A DNA stretch of 64,000 nucleotides, from assembly GCA_030704615.1 (NCBI GenBank), contig CM060731.1, positions 11,160,001 through 11,224,000 on the forward strand. Direction: 5' to 3'. The position numbers and the translations under genes are program-made. The stretch comes from Takakia lepidozioides. Lineage: Eukaryota > Plantae > Bryophyta. This document shows, in pieces, positions 35,600 to 47,330 of the stretch (position 1 is the first letter of the stretch; every line of letters begins with the position of its first letter). The notes under the pieces were generated by a model. It made no database searches. It had not been told where the DNA came from and saw only the letters and a program-made list of their open reading frames with translations.

Positions 35600-37300
35600 G
35601 TGCACGTTATGAGTGTCATCACGGAGTTACCCAAGGGTTTTGAGGGGAGTACGGCTACAGGCAGTCGCAGTGAGAGTGGGTTCACAAGACGAGGTATTCG
35701 GTTCAGACCACCTTCACCTCCACCATCAACTACTGTAGAGTCTGACACAGACCTGGAGGCTTCATCAACAGGTGTGCAGTTTTCTTCGCCATTATTGTGG
35801 GACGACATGGAGGAGATGTATGGAGCTACTAAGGGGCCTCGTAGGTACTCTGGAGCTGTGGGCACAATCGAGCTGGATGACTTTATCCAGGAGTTCGACA
35901 GCTGGTGTGATTTGCAGCAGATGCGCAATCCACAGCTGTTCACTCCATTCATGGCGTGGAAGGGATTGTTCCAGCATTTTGAAGGCCCGCCTATGGATGA
36001 TTACCACGAGTTCAGGCGAGGATATGAAGCAGAGATTGAGGAGTGGCGGATGTATTGGTCACCTGACTACGTCTCCATTACTCGAGGAACAACGCGACCA
36101 GTAGCGACATCAGCACCAATACCTCCCACGGCCAGCACTAGTAGTGGAACAAGTAGTGCTGGTACTTCTGTAGAAGGTGCTACTACTCCTTCTGCCACGA
36201 CTACAACACATGTGCCTAGATTCAGCCCGGTGGTGGAGTTCTTCCAGGAGTTGCGGAGAAACTACCAAGGTGTACGGACAGAGAAGCTGCGAAGTTTGTA
36301 AGACTTCCAGCGCAAATCCAGTGAGAGCCTGCGAGAGGCCTACACTTGTATGAGGCGCTTGATAAGTGTGACCCAAGGGGTTACTGAAGCTCAGGCAATC
36401 CAGTTCTGGTATGGAATTTTGGACAAGGCGCTCAGGAGAAGGGTGCGGGATACAACCCTGTTACAAGCAACCCAACCCACATTAGCAGATGTGTTTCTAC
36501 TGGCTGAGCGGATTGAGCTCAACATGCTGGAGGAGCGTGTTGTTACCATTGGATTTGGCAAGGACATGCCTGCACGAGGCGCAGCTGCCAGCCCATAGGC
36601 ACAGGGGACTGCCCAACAGCGTGGGCAGGGGGGCAAGGTTTCCCAACCCAAATTCCATGGAGCTTACAGGGGACCTCAGGTGCAGAGGCCAGTAGCATCT
36701 TTTGCAAGCCAACAGCAACCAGGGGTGATATGTTGGACATGTGGAGGACCCCATGTCAAGAAAGATTGCCCAGAGAGTGGCAAAAGGTCGGCACAAGCAC
36801 AGCCTACATAGTTGCAGTGTGGGCATTGTGGCAAGTATGGGCATGGAGATGCCCGGTGTTATGACTTGCACCCTGAGTTGCAGCAAGGCCAGTTCCAAGG
36901 GAACAATGGTGGCCGAGGGCGAGCTGGAGCACCTCAGAGAGGACGAGGTGGTCAGGCACGAGGTGTAGGACGAGGGCAAGCACAGTATGGCCAAGGACGT
37001 GGAGACCAGGGCGTTGACCAAGGCATGGCCAACCGGCTTCAGCAACTAGAGCCAAGGCTTGCTGCCATGGCCACAACTCAGGTGGTACCAGCTCCAAGAC
37101 CTGAGGGTCCACCTCATGTTCCTCCTTAGCAGCGTCATCCTGACGGAGGAGACATGGGAGGCATAGGATTTATGTGTGGGGCAACACTACCATTAGTGCA
37201 GGTGGAGTCTGCTGCAGCCGTCACTCGAGGAGCAGCACGAGTTCCTGAGCCACGAGGTGCAGAGGTGGAGTTAGATCCACATCGTGGGGAGGCAAGCCAT
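35600..37300 (+). pseudogene. Copy B gag with two CCHC knuckles; premature stops
   Basis: Homologous to A 11318-13067. Confidence 0.87.
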
Positions 37301-37799
37301 TAGGCTAGGTTGCCTCAATCATTCACCTTGGGGGAGATAGTGTCGACGACATCCATGGCACCTAATTCCCGCCCGACAGATACAGCGGCCGTTATTGTGC
37401 CATTGGGGAGAGCTACACGTGTAGCACTGACACCTGTTGCCAAGGCTAGTGTAGCCAGTGCGTTGTTGGGGGCAGCCACCTCTGTGTGTCAAGCCCCACT
37501 GTTCTCGGCGACCATGATCGCGACGCCAGGGGTAAGACCAGCTGCAGTGTTCAGACTAGCAGCAACACTCTGCGAGAGTGGGGAGGTCACTTCATCTTCT
37601 GCGGAGTTGGTGGAAGGTGTAGTGGCAGAGGAATCCTCGGATTTGAGGGTCAAGACTGCCACAGCTGCGCCATGGCAAGCTGTAGCTACCAGGTTGACGG
37701 AGCTGTCAGCTAGGCCAGCCTTTGAGCGCGCCATGGTAACACCTGGAGTTGTCTTGTTAGACAACCAGGATGTCATTTTCTCTTTGAGTGGACCGGCAG

Positions 37800-38190
37800 G
37801 CAAGAGGTACCGGCCACTGCGGGTCTTGTTGGACTCGGGAGCTCAGCCACTGATGTTGGGCAGAGCTGCTATTGCATGTTTGGGCCTCATGGAGGCGGAT
37901 ATAGAGCCTTTTCTTTTTTAGATACAGACATCTCTGGGAGGATCAGAGCAGGCTCGGGGCATGACACGGCGTGAGTTGGCCATTAGACTACAGCCGGATC
38001 ATCCTATAGATGGCTCAATGATGCGAGCCAAGATGTGACAGATGCGGTCTCTTACGATGTCCTTGTTGGTGGGGCGGTGTTATATCCTATGGGCTTCACC
38101 CTGGATTTTTGGGAGGAGTCAGCATCCTACAGGCCTGGATGGCAGTCAGGGGATGAAGTACAACTCCCTGTGACATTCATTGGGGGTGTT
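37800..38190 (+). pseudogene. Copy B aspartic protease
   Basis: RVLLDSGAQPLMLG; YDVLVGG. Confidence 0.85.
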
Positions 38191-38529
38191 GCTGCTGCCC
38201 AGCGGGGCAAGATGCCAACACTAACAGCCTTCACAGCTGCAGTTAGTTGGCATGGAGAGTTGCTGGAGGGCAATGCCCATGCAGAGGATGTGCCACCTCC
38301 AGCAGAGCAGGATGACATGCATGGTACGGCGGAGTTGTCTGCTATGATTGCTCACACTCCATTGTGGGATACGAGCAAGGATTTGCAGCAGGCTGCTGAT
38401 AGACGGGTGCAACAAGCCTGGGTAGAGGCCTTTGTACCGTCAGGAGAGGAGGAGAATGCGGTGATTGCACCAAGACCACCTGAGTTGTCGCCATTGGACA
38501 CCACACCTCTTGTGTGGCAGTGCCCGGAT

Positions 38530-39490
38530 GAAGGCACATGCCTTCTGGACTTGTTTGGCGGGATGAACACTGGATTGGCTGCATTGCTGCAGGCAGGTGT
38601 ACGAGTTTGACGTTACCTGGAGAGGGATGAGACTGCACGACGCATCTCACTGCGCCATGTTGCTCAGTTGGTGCAGCAGTATCCTGATTTGTTGCCAGTG
38701 TCTGCAGTTCGTGGATACCAACAGGCATTGCCAGCCGACATCTCTTTGCTGGGGGCGCATGATTTGGAGCGGGTTGACCCTATTCACTTGGTAGTGGCAG
38801 GTTGGCCTTGCCAAGGGCATTCATCAGCCGGGCATGACAATGGGTTACAAGACTCAAGGTCACGCCTGTTTTGGGAGATATTGAGGGTCCTACGCTATTT
38901 ACAACTTCAGCAGACAGACTCTCCGGCATATATCTTGGAGAATGTGCCATTGATGGGTGATTCTCGGGCCAAGGTGATGGCCAGTGTGCATCAAGTGCGG
39001 TCTTGGCTTGGGTTAGCAGTGTTGCTGAACGCAGCTGTAGTGGGGTCACGGGCTCATCGCCCACGACTATGGTGGACCAACTTGATGCCACCTGCACTGC
39101 TCAAGCGTGCATTTGATGGGGTGCAGCGGCCACCACACCTGACGGTGGATAGCATTTTGGACATAGGGAGACAGTCTCAACGTGTGAGACATGATGACCG
39201 ATCACCTTTGGCAGTGGTCAATAAGGTGGGTCACCCACAAGCCGCATTGCCTACACTGCTTAGCTTTCCAGGATCTCATGCTTTTCGGGATGGTGGACAT
39301 GGCCTCTTGTGGGATAGCCAGTTGCAGTAATTAGTAGAGCCCAATGCTGACGAGCGCAAGCGGGCGATGGGTTTCACCACTGGTACCACGGCGGTGCCCT
39401 CTTTTTCTGAGGCATCACGTCGTCAGGTGTTGGGGCAAGCAATGGATCTCAATTGCTTGACCTGGATTATCAGCTTGGCTATGGCTGAGC
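38530..39490 (+). pseudogene. Copy B DNMT3-like C5 cytosine methyltransferase with all major motifs; frameshift ~38610, TAA at 39328
   Basis: I LDLFGGMNTG; IV LVVAGWPCQG; VI YILENV; VIII GSRAHRPRLWWTN; IX ERKRAMGF; X RRQVLGQAM. Confidence 0.92.
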
Positions 39491-39780
39491 AGCGCAGAGT
39501 ACGGAGTACACTTCCCTTGATGGTCTCCCTGCCTACCGAGATGGTACAGGCAGCCAGTGGGGGCGAACAGGTGAGGACCACGAGGTGCATGCCGCATCCA
39601 TGGCACACGTGGGAGGTGCTCGAGGTTCAAAAGGAGTTGGCAGCCAAGGTGGCGGTAATGGATGAGGTTGGGGATTTTTCTTGGGTTGAGGAGGTCCTCA
39701 AGGATGGGATGATGGGGCAGGATGAGACATTGTCACTGACAGAGGAGGCAGTGATCACTGCTCAAGAGGTTGCAGCATAG

Positions 39781-42700
39781 CAACCACGGGACGCGTCTTC
39801 TACCTCTAAGCCTGCTGGACTCAAGGTTGCAGTCACGAAGGACAACTGGGAGCCTGATGTTGGACCTATAGTCACCGGAGGAGAGAAACGACGTATACGG
39901 CGGTTCTTGAGGGCTTACAGGAACTGCTTTGCCTTCAGTTTGAAGGACTTAGGAGCACTGAAGGGTCAAGAGATTCGCATTGAATTGGCTACTGACACGC
40001 CAATCTTTCGGAGACCCTATAGATACAGTGACATGGAGAGGTCTTTGATTCAGATGAGAACTCAGGACCTTTGGGGGCTGGTTTGGTGGAGCTATCTGGG
40101 GGAGAGTATGCTTCAGCCACAGTGATGCCAACCAAGAAGGATGTCTATGGCAATTGGACGGAGAGACGTATGTGCGGTGATTACCGGCCTGTAAATCGTC
40201 AGACCAAGTTCGATAGGTATGCCATGCCGACACCAGATGAGATCTTTGATGCCATTGGGCATGCCAAGGTCTTTAGCACTTTGGATTTACGATCCGGATA
40301 TCACCAATTGCCGATCAAGGAGGCGGATAAGCAGAAGACGACATTCTGGGGGATCAATGAGCACGGGAAAGATTGCCTATACCAGTGGCGGTTCTTACCA
40401 TTTGGGCTTAAGAATGCTCCGGCAGAGTTTTCAGAGAGTCATGGACAAGATTCTAGCAGGGGTGGAGTTTGCTCGGTGCTACATAGATGACATCATCATC
40501 TTTAGTGCTACGGTGGAGGAGCATGAGAGACACCTTCAAGTGGTATTTGAGCACTTGAGGGCGCACGGATTGAAGTTACATCCGGGGAAGTGCAAGTTTT
40601 TCCACAACCAAATTGAGTATCTGGGTCACATGATATATCTTGGAGGATTGGGGGTACAGCAGACTAAGGTAGAGGCCATTGCACGGATTCCACGCCCCAC
40701 GGATGTGAGCCGAGTTCGAGCTTTCATGGGGTTAGCAAACTATTATAGACGGTTTGTTAAGGGATTTAGTGCCATTGCAAAGGCTCTAACCAAACTGACC
40801 AAGATGGACCAGGAGTGGCAGTGGGAAGATGAGCAAGAACAAGCTTTTCAAGAGCTCAAGGCGAGGTTGACCTCGGCGCCCATCTTGAGACGACTTATCA
40901 GGGGGCGTCCTTTTCAGCTGCATACAGATTGGAGCATGCTGGGGCTTGGAGCGGTGCTCACATAGGTGGATGATGAGGGAAGAGAGTTCGTAGTGGCTTA
41001 TGCTAGCCGCTCGAACAACACTGCAGAGTCTAAGTATAGCTCATATGAGGGAGATTGCTTAGCTGCAGTGTGGGCCGTGGCACACTTCAGGTGCTATCTA
41101 TACGGCAATCTCTTCACCCTTGTCACGGATCACCAACCACTCAAGTGGTTGATGGAGTCAGACAAGCTTACGGGGAAGCTTGCACGGTGGGCACTCATCC
41201 TTCAAGAGTATGACTTTCAAGTTGTGCATCGACCGGGTTTGGTCAATCGGGATGCAGATGGGTTGAGTCGCAATCCATGCACGAGCCAGCAGGATGACAC
41301 TAGAGCTCGGTGGCATGGTGAGACGGACGAGGAGATGGTGCCTGGATGGCATGCATCTGCATTTCTGTGTATCTTGGCAGCGGAAGGCCAGGTTGGACCT
41401 GCAACAGGGATGACTGTAGATCAAGTGTCTGAGGACCCTGAGGCCAGCAATGAGCAAGGTGGCGCCAAAGATATACATGAGGATTCAGCTGTGTTGGACT
41501 ACCTCCGCACTGGAGACACGACAGCCACTGTGACTGCCAAGGAGAGGGATCGGATCCTACAACGAGCCAAGAGGTTCAAGTGGGAGGGGAGACACCTGCT
41601 CCGAGTGTGGGAGGATGGTCAAGTGAGGATTGTGCCTCACCCAACACAGCGGGCACGGTTAGTGCGGCATGCCCATGAGGAGTTGGGGCATTTTGGGGTG
41701 CGACGCACTCATAGTCTACTGCAGGGGCAGTATTGGTGGCGTGGTATGCACACAGAGGTGCAATAATTTGTGGCTAGGTGCATGGTGTGTGACAGGGTGC
41801 GTGTTTCATTCAATGCCCCTACTCCACAATTGCACCCTCTTCCGATCATAGGATTGGGCTACAGGTGGAGTCTTGATTTCGCAGGGCCGTTGTCACTAAC
41901 CATGCGCCACAACAAGTACGTGTTGGTGATGGTGGAGCACTTCTCCAAGTGGATCGAGTTGGTTCCATTGCATGATAAGGCTAGTGAGGGAGCTGCGTAT
42001 GCATTCTTGGATTGTGTACTTAGCCGATTTGGTACTCCAGCTGAGGTACTCACGGACCAAGGGAGAGAGTTCTTGGGGGAGTTTTCAGGCTTTGTGTGAC
42101 AAGGCCTTGGTAGACCACCGCACCACTTCTCGGGATCATCCTGAGGCCAATGGCTTGGCAGAGAGGGTTGTTCAGACAGTAAAGAGGGGTTTGCGCAAGT
42201 ATGGCTTGCAGAAGGGACACCTAGGAGATTGGGACCTTCAGTTACCCTGGTTAGCCATGGGCTATAGGTTCAGCAAGCAAACATCACTTGCCTCATTCTC
42301 ACCATACTTTCTTCTCTTTGGCCGAGAGCCGGATTTGCCTACATCCATTCGCAGAGAAGCTGCTATAGTTCTTAACCTTGACGATCCGGACGTCTGGGCA
42401 CGTGCATGTGATCAACGTGCAGAGTTGTTCAAGAAAGTCGTGCCCATGGCTTTCGAGAACCTTGCCATTGCACAACATCGTGATACGTTGAGGTATGCTA
42501 CCATACGTGGTGGGGGCTATCGTCATGGGGTTCGAAGATTCAACCCTGGTGACTATGTCTATCTGCAGCAGACTGCTCCTACGACCTTGGATGTGACTGC
42601 AGGACGTATTATTTTGAGGGTTCGAGAGGTCTTGCCCTCAGGCGTCTTGATCTTGGAGGGTCGGGATGGCATAACTTGGAAGGACCATGTGCGTAATTGT

Positions 42701-42916
42701 ACGTCATGTCACCTTCCGAATGTCGATGGCAGGATTGACCCAAACCTGGCAGTGGTACCTGCAAGTTTGAGGTGCATGTTGTGTGGGTCTGCTAGAGGGG
42801 CAGCTACCATGCTGGTGTGTGATCGATGCTCTAGAGGTTGGCATATGGGATGCTTGACTCCACCTCTTGAGATGGTTCCTGATGGGGATTGGTTATGTCC
42901 GCATTGCATTGGATAG
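39781..42916 (+). pseudogene. Copy B RT-RNase H-integrase-PHD
   Basis: YIDDI, TDWS, DDE residues, C4HC3 PHD at ~42773-42910; several frameshifts and stops. Confidence 0.92.
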
Positions 42917-43162
42917 TGGGAGTGGATACAACCATGGAAGGCTAACAAGAAATGCAGGGCCAAGCTACTAGGAGACCTTGAACACACGAGATCCTGGCTC
43001 AAGTTCACAGATTGCAAGACGGCGACTAACGATGGGGCTACTCTTGTACCCGGCCTCTTGGTCTATAGAGTTTGAGTACAATAGGGACAGTGATAGAGGA
43101 CTTAATACAGCTGTGGCTATTACATCTTGTAGCTATCTAAAATTAAAGGGACCTATCCACCA

Positions 43163-43705
43163 GCTAGGGGGGCGATTGTGGCAGACTACTTTATTGTGCA
43201 TATATGTGTGGTGTAGTTTGGACAACGATGTAGTTGTGTAGCGATACGTATGCGCACGACAACTGTCAAGTTAAATAAACACAGTGTGAAACTAACTAGA
43301 ATAAATCTAGTTATTTGTATTTAACACTTGGATTTAGTTCAAGTGTTAAGTCAGGTGTCAAGTTTAGTTTGACACCTAAACCGTCTTATTTTCACGAGAG
43401 CGTCAGTCGTGCGGCTCATCTCTCTTGAGTTGAGCCTGCACGACCGAGCTCTTTCACTGCTTAGAATCAGAGTGTGCTTATGAAGGGAGAATATGATGTT
43501 GTGGGGTGGAGTCCCCATAGCTTGGGGCGCCCCTGGCTCGACTCTTAGTTTTAATGAGTGATTGTGTTGTGTTGAGTGTTTCTTTGTTATCAGACATGTG
43601 AGTTTAGTTCTTTCAATCATTGTGGCAGACTACTTTATTGTGCATATATGTGTGGTGTAGTTTGGACAGCGATGTAGTTGTGTAGCGATACGTATGCGCA
43701 CGACA
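43163..43705 (+). repeat. Copy B 3' terminus: PPT ~43164-43176, B1 43177-43261, 2-nt spacer, A2 43264-43619, B2 43621-43705
   Basis: 85-bp B repeats; junction GACA-AC-TGTC. Confidence 0.93.
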
Positions 43706-44789
43706 GAGCAAATGTGTGTGCGGCACCGCACACTCATATGAGCCAGCACAAAACAGGTTGGATGGAGGAGATGTATCTTTGCAAATCAAAGAAGCATGGT
43801 CTATTTCGCATCTGTAAAGGCATCGTTTCTAGGCTTCCTCTCCTTTCTCTTGCTGGTCAAGCTCATTTGTTCGACTGATGCCACCCTCTTTGTTGAACTC
43901 CCTGAAGAAACAAGATTGCCACACTGTGGCTCTCCATTTCCGCATGTATGCTTGGAAGGAGACCTTCGGTGCTGTCATGGTGATGTCATAGTCAGCCAGC
44001 TGCGTATGTAAAACAGACTGGGCTCTTTCCTCCAACTGCAAAACAACTTGAATGCAAGAATGAACTAGAAATCAATCACAACCAATGTAACATGGAAAGA
44101 GAACGACAAAAAAGCGAAACGAAAGTGACACAGCAAAAGACATCATACCTGGCTCCAGTAAGTGGTCTTGTGAAGCCATGTGTCCATCATATTGTCACTG
44201 ACAGGAATGACACGCTGGTCTTCTTCTCTTTCTCCGGCCTGGGGAACATGTGGATATCCCTAACAGTGGGATCGGAGTTCCATATTTGTAGCCACTTCAC
44301 CTTCTATTATGAAGACACAATGGCGGTAGACAACCTGTGTAACTTCTCCTGGGCCATCTCCGGCTTGCCTGGCTTGTTGTAATGGTTTTTCACCTCTTGA
44401 AGAAACTGCGGTCCGAATGATGGGTCGGCAATTCTCAACTGCTTAACAAAAGCACTCATAATAGTCCGTCATATGTAATCTGTTCCACATCTACGTCGTT
44501 CTGACATTGCGATGCCCAGCGCGAACCTGTTATATTGGTGTTTTCCGAAGCAGGTCGGTGATAAAAGCATTCGAAAACTGTGAGTGCGAATATTTTTCCT
44601 AGCTCGATAAATAGGCTTACTGGAATACTACAGCTCTACCCCTGAGGAGAGAAGGACAACAAAGGGGGTTGAGAGTCACATCAAGCAAGAGATGACCGCC
44701 ACAGCAGTGGGCCTTGTTCTATCAATTGCGCTGCTACCATTGCTGTTTCCAGTTGACCATCTACCCACTCGTAGCCGTTGTGTTGTTGA

Positions 44790-47330
44790 AGAAGGTGCCC
44801 CCCCTTCCCCCATCATTTGCTCATAGCTCTCCAAAGCCTCCATCCCACGTCCCTGCCGTGCATACCATGCAAGCATCACACTCCACGACACCACATCTCG
44901 TTCAGCCATAGTGTCGAACACTCCCTTTGCATCCTAGATGCACCCACATTTTGCAAACATGTTCACCAGGGTTTTGTTCACGATGACATCTGGTACAATT
45001 CCAACTCTGAAGATGTCGCCATGGACCTCTTTCCCCTAAGTTGCCAGGGCAGTGTTCAGATTGACATTTGGCACAATTCTAGCTTTGATGATATCCCCAT
45101 GCACCTCTTGCCCTTCTCTAGGGCTGCTAGGCTTGCACAAGAATTGCAAATGCACACAAACATGATGTGCTTCCCCCATCCTTTGCTCATAGGTCTCCAA
45201 AGCCTCCATCCCACGTCCCTGCCGTGCATACCTTGCAAGCATCGCACTCCACGACACCACATCTCGTTCAGCCATAGTGTCGAACACTCCCTTTGCATCC
45301 TAGATGCACCCACATTTTGCAAACATGTTCACGAGGGTATTGTTCAGAATGACATCTGGTACAATTCCAACTCTGAAGATGTCGCCATGGACCTCTTTCC
45401 CCTTTTCCAAAGCTGCTAGGGCAGTGTTCAGATTGACATTTGGCACAATTCCAGCTTTGATGATATCCCCATGCACCTCTTGCCCTTCTCTAGGGCTGCT
45501 AGGCTTGCACAAGAATTGCAAATGCACACAAACATGATGTGCTTCCCCCATCCTTTGCTCATAGGTCTCCAAAGCCTCCATCCCACGTCCCTGCCGTGCA
45601 TACCTTGCAAGCATCGCACTCCACGACACCACATCTCGTTCAGCCATAGTGTCGAACACTCCCTTTGCATCCTAGATCCTAGATCCCTTTGCACCCACAT
45701 TTTGCAAACATGTCCACCAGGGTATGGTTTAGAATGACATTTGGTACAATTCCAGCTCTGAAGATGTCGCCATGGACCTCTTTCCCCTTTTTCCAGAGCT
45801 GCCAGGGCAGTGTTCATAATGACATTTGGTACATTTCCAGCTTTGATGATACCCCATGCACCGCTTTGCCCTTGTCCAGGCTCGATGCACCCACATTTTG
45901 CATAAATGTCCACCAGGGTATGGTTCAGAATGACATCTCTTTGCCCTCGTCCAGGCTCAATGCACCCACATTTTGCATACATGTCCACCAGGGTATGGTT
46001 CAGACTGACATTTGGTACAATTCCAGCTCTGAAGATGTCACCATGGACCTCTTTCCCCTTTTTCCAGAGCTGCCAGAGCAGTGTTCATAATGACATTTGG
46101 TACAATTCCAGCTTTGATGATACCCCATGCACCTCTTTGCCCTCGTCCAGGCTCGATGCACCTACATTTCGCATACATGTCCACCAGGGTATGGTTCAGA
46201 CTGACATTTGGTACAATTCCAGCTTTGATGATACCCCATGCACCTCTTTGCCCTCGTCTAGGCTCGATGCACCCACATTTCGCATACATGTCCCCCAGGG
46301 TATGTTTCAGACTGACATTTGGTACAATTCCAGCTCTGAAGATGTCGCCATGGACCTCTTTACCCTTTTCCAGAGCTGCCAGGGCAGTGTTCAGATTCAC
46401 ATTTGGTACAATTCCAGCTTTGATGATATCCCCATGCACCTCTTTGCCGGCGCCCTTCTCCAAGCCGGCTACCAGGCTTGCACAAGCATTGCAAATGCAC
46501 ACAAACATGATGTGCTTCCCCCATCATTTGCTCATAGCTCTCCAAAGCCTCCATTCCACATCCCTGCTGTGCATACCCTGCAAGCACATCATATCGCACT
46601 CCACGACACCACATGTCGTTCAGCCATAGTGTCGAACACTCCCTTTGCATCCTAGATGCACCCACATTTTGCAAACATGTCCACCAGGGTATTATTCAGA
46701 ATGTCATCTGGTACAATTCTAGCTCTGAAGATGTCGCCATGCACCTCTTTCCCCATTTCCAAAGCTGCCAGGGCAGTGTTCAGATTGACATTTGGCACAA
46801 TTCCAGTTTTTATGATATCCCTATGCACGTCTTGCCCTTTTCCAGGGCTGCCAGGCTTGCACGCACATCGCAAATGCACACAAACATGATGTGCTTCCCC
46901 CATCATCTGCTCACAGCTCTCCAAAGCCTCCATCCCACGTCCCTGCCGTGTATACCCTGCAAGCATCGCACTCCACGACACCACATCTTGTTCAGCCATA
47001 GTGTCAAACACTCCCTTTGCATCCTAGATGCACCCACATTTTGCACACATGTTCACCGGGATATTGTTCAGAATGACATCTGATACAATTCCAGCTCTGA
47101 AGATGACGCCATGGACCTCTTTCCCATTTTCCAAAGCTGCTGGGGCAGTGTTCAGATTGACATTTGGCACAATTCCAGCTTTGATGATATCCCCATGCAA
47201 CTCTTGCCCTTCTCCAGGGCTGCTAGGCTTGCACAAACATTGCAAATGCACACAAACACGATGTGCTTCCCCCATCATTTGCTCATAGGTCTCCAAAACC
47301 TCCATCCCACGTCCATGCCGTGCATACCCT
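44790..47330 (-). pseudogene. Tandemly amplified PLS-type PPR pseudogene (units ~366-372 bp plus a sub-array of shorter units)
   Basis: Repeated MFAKCGCI*DAKGVFDTMAERDVVSWSAML..YA.QGRGMEALE..GKEVHG. Confidence 0.88.

Larger units (their letters stand above)
32778..43705 (+). mobile_element. Copy B: full-length (10.9 kb) DNMT/PHD Ty3/Gypsy retrotransposon with permuted LTRs
   Basis: Ends TGTCAAG...GCACGACA. 4-bp TSD GAGC (32774-32777, 43706-43709). Same domain order as copy A. Confidence 0.93.

Noticed and set aside
38530-39490. Host DRM/DNMT3 gene or bacterial restriction-modification methylase
   Set aside because: Intronless, within the polyprotein at the same position in three copies, no UBA/PWWP domains or endonuclease partner.
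44930-44940. Shared PPR stop repaired by U-to-C editing
   Set aside because: Such editing is organellar, and the units also carry frameshifts.
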